A stretch of DNA of 64,000 nucleotides, taken from NCBI GenBank assembly GCA_963674825.1, contig OY771587.1:1664001-1728000 (forward strand), written 5' to 3'. A program made the translations under genes and the position numbers. The notes beneath the pieces were generated by a model, which had not been told where the DNA came from, did no database searches, and saw only the letters and a list, made by a program, of their open reading frames with translations. Below, in pieces: positions 58,053 through 64,000 of this stretch (positions are counted from its first letter, which is position 1; each line of letters opens with the position of its first letter). The stretch comes from Candidatus Cloacimonadales bacterium. GTDB lineage: Bacteria; Cloacimonadota; Cloacimonadia; Cloacimonadales; JAIOQZ01.

Positions 58053-59400
58053 AATTCTTGTTCTGTTTGCCCTTTTTATAGCGCTGATCTCCTGCCAGGT
58101 GGAACGTGCCCCTGCCGGAGACGCGATCGACTCCACAGCGACCGATACGACCGTTTTCGTCGAAATCAATCAGAAGCCAATGATTATCGACGAGCCGGAT
58201 GTCACATCAGATTCACTTCCGGCAGTCAAACAGCGTACCTGGAGCGATCCTTCGTTTGTCGAGGGAATCTATCTCAACGCTTACACCGTTTTCAATTCAC
58301 GCTTCGATACGATCCTGGCTGCCGCGGAAGAGGCAGGTATCAACGCTGTGGTATTCGACGTAAAGAATATGGAAGGAAAGATATTTACACCGCTTCCGGA
58401 TGACCGCTATTTCCTTCCCTACAAATACGTTTCCGATATCAATATTCGTGGCGTGGTTAAAAAACTGCACGATCATGGCATGTACGCCATAGCTCGTGTT
58501 GTGATGTTCCACGACCAGAATCTTGCCCGGCGAGACAGTACACTCCGACCGCAACGTGAGCCAGGTGTTCCCTGGACCGAAAACAATCGTAACGGGCCAT
58601 CATGGCTTGATTCCTCCAATCCATACGTTCAGCGAAGCCTCTTCAACTTTATCGACGTGGTCGCATTGCAAGGTGTGGACGAGATACAGATGGATTATAT
58701 CCGTTTCCCCACGCAGGGCAGAGCCGATTCAGCGCTATTTGCATTCCAGATAGAAGATATGGAGAAGTTGCAGCAGGATTCGACCTACGTAATGCGCGAG
58801 AAGGAAGATGTGATCGAAGACGTGGTGTCAAATTGCCGCAAGGTGTGTGAACGGCACGGTGTCAAGCTGAGCGCGGATGTTTTCGCAATTGTCGCATGGC
58901 AGGGAAGCGTGGATATCGCCAATACCGGACAACGCTTCACCCGAATGACCAAGCATCTGAATAAAATCCATCCGATGCTTTATTCCTCGCACTTCTACTC
59001 GGGTTTCAATTTCCGTAAAAACGTGGAAAACGAGCCATATCAAATTATGTTCCAGGGTACGGAAAAGGCGGTGGCGTTTTCCGATCGAAGTTGCCGTGTG
59101 ATTCCGTATATTCAGGCGAATGCCTGGAAGGTAAACTACACACCGGAATACGTTCGCTCGCAGATCGTGGGTGCACGTGATGCCGGAGCGGACGGATACA
59201 TGCTGTGGCACGCGTCCAATCACTACTATACGACGCTGGCATGGATCAAGGATTTTCGCAAGCAACATCCCGAGATGTTTGAGAAGAAAAAGTTGGATCT
59301 ACCTGCAAAATCACAGGTTTCACGTGAAACGGTGGTGGAAGAGGCTGTTGAACCAGCTGATTCGTTACAAAAAAACGATCAGACATCCGAAGAAATCTGA
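58024..59400 (+). CDS. Putative glycoside hydrolase (DUF4015-like) lipoprotein
   Basis: Lipobox LISC; GIYL, NAVVFDVK, IARVV.F.D, WLD, DEIQ.DYIRFP, PMLYSSHF and PYIQ. Confidence 0.8.
   Translation: MTYTVFNSNRILVLFALFIALISCQVERAPAGDAIDSTATDTTVFVEINQKPMIIDEPDVTSDSLPAVKQRTWSDPSFVEGIYLNAYTVFNSRFDTILAAAEEAGINAVVFDVKNMEGKIFTPLPDDRYFLPYKYVSDINIRGVVKKLHDHGMYAIARVVMFHDQNLARRDSTLRPQREPGVPWTENNRNGPSWLDSSNPYVQRSLFNFIDVVALQGVDEIQMDYIRFPTQGRADSALFAFQIEDMEKLQQDSTYVMREKEDVIEDVVSNCRKVCERHGVKLSADVFAIVAWQGSVDIANTGQRFTRMTKHLNKIHPMLYSSHFYSGFNFRKNVENEPYQIMFQGTEKAVAFSDRSCRVIPYIQANAWKVNYTPEYVRSQIVGARDAGADGYMLWHASNHYYTTLAWIKDFRKQHPEMFEKKKLDLPAKSQVSRETVVEEAVEPADSLQKNDQTSEEI
59316..59331. promoter_or_regulatory. parS-like site (ParB binding)
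   Basis: GGTTTCACGTGAAACG against consensus TGTTTCACGTGAAACA: perfect 14-bp palindromic core, read as VSRET in a low-complexity protein tail. Confidence 0.7.
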
Positions 59401-59428
59401 TCGTCAAACTGAGTGAAATAGTAAACGA

Positions 59429-59881
59429 TTACCCTTCCGCGAGTTCCTTCTTGAAATCGATCATCTTCTGCTTGTAGCTGTCATCGCTGAGTGCGAGCAT
59501 CTGAAGAGCCAGAATTGCGGCATTCTTGCCACCATCAATGGCAACCGTCGCAACCGGCACACCCGTCGGCATCTGTACGACAGAATGAAGCGCGTCCTCG
59601 CCGGAGAGTGCGGCACCTTTAAGTGGTACACCGATAACCGGCAGGATTGTGTGTGAGGCTACCACGCCCGGAAGGTGCGCAGCCATACCGGCAGCGGCGA
59701 TAATGATCTTCACACCGTCTGATTCCGCGTTTTTTGCAAGAAGTGCTGTTTCATCCGGTTTACGGTGCGCGGATGAATAATAGAAGTCGTATTCAATCCC
59801 GAATTTCTCGAGATATTCCTTGATTTTGTCGCCCTGTACCTTGTCCGATTTACTACCCAGAATTACTCTGACCTGTGGCAC
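59429..59881 (-). CDS. purE: N5-carboxyaminoimidazole ribonucleotide mutase PurE
   Basis: ILGSKSD, SAHR.P, AGMAAHLPG, PVIGVP and VQMP.GVPVATV; GTG start after GGAGG. Confidence 0.96.
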   Translation of the reverse strand: MPQVRVILGSKSDKVQGDKIKEYLEKFGIEYDFYYSSAHRKPDETALLAKNAESDGVKIIIAAAGMAAHLPGVVASHTILPVIGVPLKGAALSGEDALHSVVQMPTGVPVATVAIDGGKNAAILALQMLALSDDSYKQKMIDFKKELAEG

Positions 59882-59974
59882 GTTTCCTCCCAGAATTTAC
59901 GGATGTTCGTTATCGATTATTTGACGGGGTGTAATAGTTTGATAAAATAAGATGCAGCTACACCCATAATGAGC

Positions 59975-60640
59975 TTATTTCTTTGCGTTCATCGTCAGAA
60001 CTTCGTAGATTTCTTCCTTCGTTTTGGCTTGTGTGAGCTTCTCGATATTTTCATCCTGCAACATGAACCGTGAGAGGTATGAGAGGCTGAAAAGGTGCTG
60101 CTTGTCATTGTGCAGCAGAAGCATAAAGCAGATGTCCACCGGTTTATTATCCGGTGCATCGAACTCCACACCTTCTTTGGGCCGGCCAACCAGTATACAA
60201 GGTTTCTTGATCTTGGTAGGATGCATATGCCGCGGATGAAGGAATGCTACTCCCTTACCCATCGCGGTGGAGACGAGTTCTTCGCGAGCTACGACGACTT
60301 CGTAGAGCCAGCGGTGATCGCGGACGATTTTAAGTTCACGTGCGAATTTCGACATCTCGGCAATTGCTTCATATTTATTTTCTGCCTCAAAATCGAGAAA
60401 GATGTATTCAGAATTAAAATAATCGATGAAACGGCACACAGTGCGCTTCAGGGCGAGATGCTCTTCCTCACTTTCGGTAAGGTTGGCAAGCCACTCTTCT
60501 ATCTCGAGTTTATCAATCTTATTTGTCTTTCCTGATTTTACCAGGTTAAACGTGCCTGACTTTGCCATTTCGAGGACAACGTCTTCAGAAATTTTTAAAA
60601 ATTTTGCCGCGTCACTCATGGTGATCAGCTTTGTTGCCAT
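59975..60640 (-). CDS. PTS EIIA (PtsN/fructose-type) domain with N-terminal excisionase-like HTH
   Basis: LIT..DAA.FLKIS (HTH_17-like); REELVSTAMGKGVAFLHPR, F.APD.KPV and HL..LS.L. Confidence 0.85.
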   Translation of the reverse strand: MATKLITMSDAAKFLKISEDVVLEMAKSGTFNLVKSGKTNKIDKLEIEEWLANLTESEEEHLALKRTVCRFIDYFNSEYIFLDFEAENKYEAIAEMSKFARELKIVRDHRWLYEVVVAREELVSTAMGKGVAFLHPRHMHPTKIKKPCILVGRPKEGVEFDAPDNKPVDICFMLLLHNDKQHLFSLSYLSRFMLQDENIEKLTQAKTKEEIYEVLTMNAKK

Positions 60641-60760
60641 GGATCCTCCTGATATATGCTAATATGCACACTTTCGCACTAATTTGGCAAAAGCAATCAA
60701 AATCTGTCAAGCAGAACAGTAATTTCTTGACACCGGCATCTGATCATTTATACGGACTGC

Positions 60761-61267
60761 ATGAGAAATATAATGATGATAATGGTTGTAGTAGTTATTA
60801 TAACTTCATGCAGCTACTCAGTTTATCAAACAGCATATCCCTATCTGAAGTCCATCAGGATCGAGACTTTCGAGAATAGAACGGTGGAATATACGATAGA
60901 ACAAGAATTGCTTGATCAACTGACAAAATCGTTCCAAAGCGACGGACAGCTTAACATCGTCGAGATATCTCCGCACTGCCAGCTCGAGGGAGTCATACTA
61001 GATTACCAGAACGACGTTTACAGCTACGATGCGAGTGGCAATGTGAAGGAATATATGGTAAAAATTCTCTTTAGCGTTAAGCTTACAGACTTCGTGAAAA
61101 ACCAGGTATTATGGGAGAACGAAGCGCTCTTGCTAAAGGAACCGTACCTGACACAGGAGAACTCGACATCATCAGGTTCTGAAGCATTAACAGAGGAAGG
61201 TGCGCGCGTAGAAATATACAAAGACTTATACGACGCTGTACTCGAGAACACTTTCCAGGCATGGTAA
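60761..61267 (+). CDS. lptE: LptE-family LPS assembly lipoprotein
   Basis: Lipobox ITSC-SYS; KSI.I..FEN.T..Y.IE..L, LEG.I..Y and LWE. Confidence 0.75.
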   Translation: MRNIMMIMVVVVIITSCSYSVYQTAYPYLKSIRIETFENRTVEYTIEQELLDQLTKSFQSDGQLNIVEISPHCQLEGVILDYQNDVYSYDASGNVKEYMVKILFSVKLTDFVKNQVLWENEALLLKEPYLTQENSTSSGSEALTEEGARVEIYKDLYDAVLENTFQAW

Positions 61268-61307
61268 GCAATCGGAATGAAAATAAACACAACGGAATGG
61301 AAATACT

Positions 61308-62042
61308 ATGAGAATAAATAAATATCTATCGCAGAGCGGTTTCGGATCGCGGCGAAAAGTCGAAGAACTCATCACGCAGGGTATGGTGTCAGTGAACGGC
61401 ACGATTTGCATGGATCTCGCTACAGATATCGATGTGGAGAAAGACCAGGTAACCGTTCGAGGAAAGAAAGCTGTTGTGGAGAATGATTACTTCTACATCC
61501 TTCTGAACAAACCCAAACACTACCTTGTGACGGCCGATGATCCCTTCGATCGCCGTACTGTCTTTGACTTGCTTCCCGAATTCAAGGGTCGCCTCTTCCC
61601 CGTGGGAAGGCTCGACTACGATTCCGAGGGCTTACTTCTTCTAACCAACGACGGAGAATTCTCTCAGATGATCCTGCATCCCTCGAAGAAGATCCCTAAA
61701 ACGTATCACGTAAAAATCAAGGGAAGGCTTGAAGAAAAGCAGATCTTGCGTCTGCGTAAGGGACTCGAACTCGAAGACGGGATGACCATGCCGGCGAAGG
61801 TGTTTGTACGTGAAACAAACGATGGCAGTATGACACTCAAAATGGTCATCGTGGAAGGGCGTAATCGCCAGATCAGAAGGATGATCGAGGCTGTCGGTGG
61901 TGAAGTAACCGGACTGAAAAGAACACAGATTGGAAATGTAAAGCTCGGAAAGATACCAAAGGGAATGTGGCGCTTCCTTGAACCGAATGAGATACGCTCC
62001 CTTCGCTTCCAGGCTCGAGCCAATGAAAGGAAGAAATCATGA
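61308..62042 (+). CDS. rluB: RsuA/RluB family rRNA pseudouridine synthase
   Basis: S4 domain MRINKYLS.SG..SRR; LNKP, PVGRLDYDSEGLLLLTNDG and EGRNRQIRRM. Confidence 0.9.
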   Translation: MRINKYLSQSGFGSRRKVEELITQGMVSVNGTICMDLATDIDVEKDQVTVRGKKAVVENDYFYILLNKPKHYLVTADDPFDRRTVFDLLPEFKGRLFPVGRLDYDSEGLLLLTNDGEFSQMILHPSKKIPKTYHVKIKGRLEEKQILRLRKGLELEDGMTMPAKVFVRETNDGSMTLKMVIVEGRNRQIRRMIEAVGGEVTGLKRTQIGNVKLGKIPKGMWRFLEPNEIRSLRFQARANERKKS

Positions 62043-63118
62043 TACTCGGATTGATCGGACTAACGAACTCTGGAAAAACTACTCTCTTCAACGCACTCAC
62101 CGGCGCTGAGATTGAGGTCACGCCCTACGCATCCATGAAGTCGGAACCACACATCGGAGTGGTGAACGTCATGGATCCACGGGTGGATATTCTGGTTAAT
62201 ATGTACAATCCCAAGAAGACCGTTTACGCGCAGATCGAATACATGGATTTCGCGGGAATGTCGGAAGGCGGAGCGAAGCAAGGCACCTTTAGTGCGAACA
62301 CGATGGCGGAGATTAAAACCGCCGACGCGTTGGCACTCGTACTGAGAAATTTCCAGGACGAAGGCGTCGATGATGCTCAAGATGAGCCTAATCCGCTCAG
62401 AGACTACGAAACGATACAGGCAGAACTTGTGATATCAGACCTGATTACAATCGAGAACCGTCTGGAGCGTATCGAGCTCAGTTTCAAACGCGGCATCAAG
62501 ACTCCTGTATTACAACAAGAACAGAAGATTCTGCTGTTATTCAAAGAGAAGCTTGAAGCTGATATTCCCTTACGCGAAGTCGAGCTCGAGCCTGAAGATA
62601 TCAAGCTCATTCGCGGATTCCAGTTCCTCAGCCGTAAGCCGCTGATGATCATCCTAAATTCAGATGAAGATCGATTCGGAAAATCGCAGGATGTAATCGA
62701 CAAGCTTTCAAAGCACGTAATGACAATCGAAGCTTGTGGAAAGTTCGAGATGGAACTCGCAACCCTTTCCGACGAGGATGCTGAGTTGTTCATGCAAGAT
62801 TTTGGTATCGATGAATCAGTTTGCAATCGTCTCACCAAGTATTCATACGATCTACTGGGATACATAAGCTTCTTCACTGTTGGGTCACCAGAGGTGCACG
62901 CATGGACGATCACGCGTGGAATGCGTGCTCAGGAAGCTGCCGGTAAGATCCATAGTGATCTCGAACGTGGATTCATTCGTGCTGAGTGTTTCACGTACGA
63001 CGATCTCATCGAACTCGGTTCCGAGAAGGCAATAAAAGAAAAAGGGCTTTTCCGCCTTGAGGGTAAAGAATATATTGTGCAGGATGGAGACATCTTGATG
63101 ATCCGCTTCAACGTGTAA
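62039..63118 (+). CDS. ychF: YchF/Obg-like ATPase with C-terminal TGS (DUF933)
   Basis: G..NSGKTTLFNALT, D.AG, SFFTVG, AGKIHSD.ERGFIRAE and EGKEYIVQDGD. Confidence 0.9.
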   Translation: MILGLIGLTNSGKTTLFNALTGAEIEVTPYASMKSEPHIGVVNVMDPRVDILVNMYNPKKTVYAQIEYMDFAGMSEGGAKQGTFSANTMAEIKTADALALVLRNFQDEGVDDAQDEPNPLRDYETIQAELVISDLITIENRLERIELSFKRGIKTPVLQQEQKILLLFKEKLEADIPLREVELEPEDIKLIRGFQFLSRKPLMIILNSDEDRFGKSQDVIDKLSKHVMTIEACGKFEMELATLSDEDAELFMQDFGIDESVCNRLTKYSYDLLGYISFFTVGSPEVHAWTITRGMRAQEAAGKIHSDLERGFIRAECFTYDDLIELGSEKAIKEKGLFRLEGKEYIVQDGDILMIRFNV

Positions 63119-63132
63119 TTCAAGGAGCAAGA

Positions 63133-64000
63133 ATGCCCCGAAACAACAAGCCTGACTTTCATCCGACGACTTGGGGAATTGTCATAGCCGCAGTATTAAT
63201 GATCATAAGTACATTGGTCGTGCTAGCTTCCGCAGGAAGCCAGGAAACCCTGATGAACGATGTGAGAATTCTGCAACAGCATGGCTTGACGTTCATGAAT
63301 ATCATAAAACTCAATCTGCCGGCTGTAAGTAACCCTATCGGGGCTTTCGGTGTGCTCATGGGCTATGTATTTGTGTCGTCGCTTGGGAAATGGGTGACAA
63401 TCGCGCTTTTTCTATCGGTGTTTATATTCTGCATCAACTACCTCTTCCTTCGTGAAAACCGCAATTACATCAACCAGCGCGTAATCGGGTTATTCATTCT
63501 TTTCTCCTTCATTAATATCATTTTGCTTAGATACCCAGAGTATTACGCGTCCAACGCAAACTCAATACCCGTTTTCATATTCAGAGTTATGAAACGTGTT
63601 TTCAAAGATACTGGTACGTTGGTAATCGCGATATTTGGATCATTCTTCTCTTTGTTGCTTATTACGGGGTTGGATTTCTTCAAGCAGATCATTGTTGGAA
63701 TTTTCAAAGGAATCGTGACAATGATTAGAAGCTTTTTGGGACTTTTCAAGCGAACCGGTGAAAGAAAACCCAAGGTTAAGCCTGTAAAGGAAAAGAAAAT
63801 AAAAGAGATTCCTGAAAAGAAGAAGATAGATACTAAATTGATCGAAGAACAAGGATATAAAAAAGCTTTCGAAGACGAAGAAGATTTACAGATTTTCGAC
63901 CATGCTTATACGCCAGAACCTGAAGAGGAATACAGTCCTGAAACAGGCGTAAAGCCCAAGAAAAAAGTCAAAAAGCCGAATTTGGATATCGAGCCGGAAT
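63133..64000 (+). CDS. 3'-truncated membrane protein, probably the N-terminal TM region and linker of FtsK/SpoIIIE DNA translocase (missing from the ORF track)
   Basis: AAGGAG RBS and ATG 63133; open to the window end; several TM segments with NPIGAFG, then a Lys/Glu/Pro-rich linker. No ATPase motif lies within the window. Confidence 0.6.
   Translation, partial: MPRNNKPDFHPTTWGIVIAAVLMIISTLVVLASAGSQETLMNDVRILQQHGLTFMNIIKLNLPAVSNPIGAFGVLMGYVFVSSLGKWVTIALFLSVFIFCINYLFLRENRNYINQRVIGLFILFSFINIILLRYPEYYASNANSIPVFIFRVMKRVFKDTGTLVIAIFGSFFSLLLITGLDFFKQIIVGIFKGIVTMIRSFLGLFKRTGERKPKVKPVKEKKIKEIPEKKKIDTKLIEEQGYKKAFEDEEDLQIFDHAYTPEPEEEYSPETGVKPKKKVKKPNLDIEPE

Noticed and set aside
1..64000. rRNA, tRNA, tmRNA, RNase P or intact transposase/prophage genes
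   Set aside because: No diagnostic motifs were found by eye. A tRNAscan or Infernal run would be needed to exclude them formally.

Overview
64 kb of bacterial chromosome. The PNPFNP/FlgD-Ig-type C-terminal tails on secreted proteins suggest an FCB-group anaerobe such as Cloacimonadota (inference). No rRNA, tRNA or CRISPR array was seen. The left part (about 1-29.4 kb) is accessory. It holds a 5'-truncated RelA/SpoT-synthetase-TPR-SLOG-RyR gene coupled to a Nudix gene and a DUF4062-NACHT-TPR (STAND) gene, which is a candidate nucleotide-signalling defence module. It also holds a B12 radical SAM enzyme, a lipocalin, a ~3270-aa C10-peptidase-like adhesin with ~30 FN3 modules and Ser in place of the catalytic Cys, a TPR sigma-54 activator, small transferases and aqpZ. 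It ends with a cassette-like array in which three palindromic repeat doublets bracket a DUF559 nuclease gene and an unannotated 2-TM gene with an internal stop. The middle (29.5-40.6 kb, minus strand) is one operon: two saccharopine enzymes (Lys9-like and LKR/Lys1-like), a citrate-lyase-like CitD-E fusion plus CitF, a beta-hydroxyacid dehydrogenase, an HD protein and two fused LeuC-LeuD aconitases. It resembles a fungal-type alpha-aminoadipate route in which a citrate-lyase-like enzyme stands where homocitrate synthase is expected. The right part is mostly housekeeping: M1 aminopeptidase, TAXI receptor, HEAT protein, engB, queD, a heterodimeric ABC exporter, purE, lptE, rluB, ychF and a probable ftsK start. 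It also has a parS-like site and a ~285-bp nested palindrome that forms a perfect four-way junction between two divergent genes.
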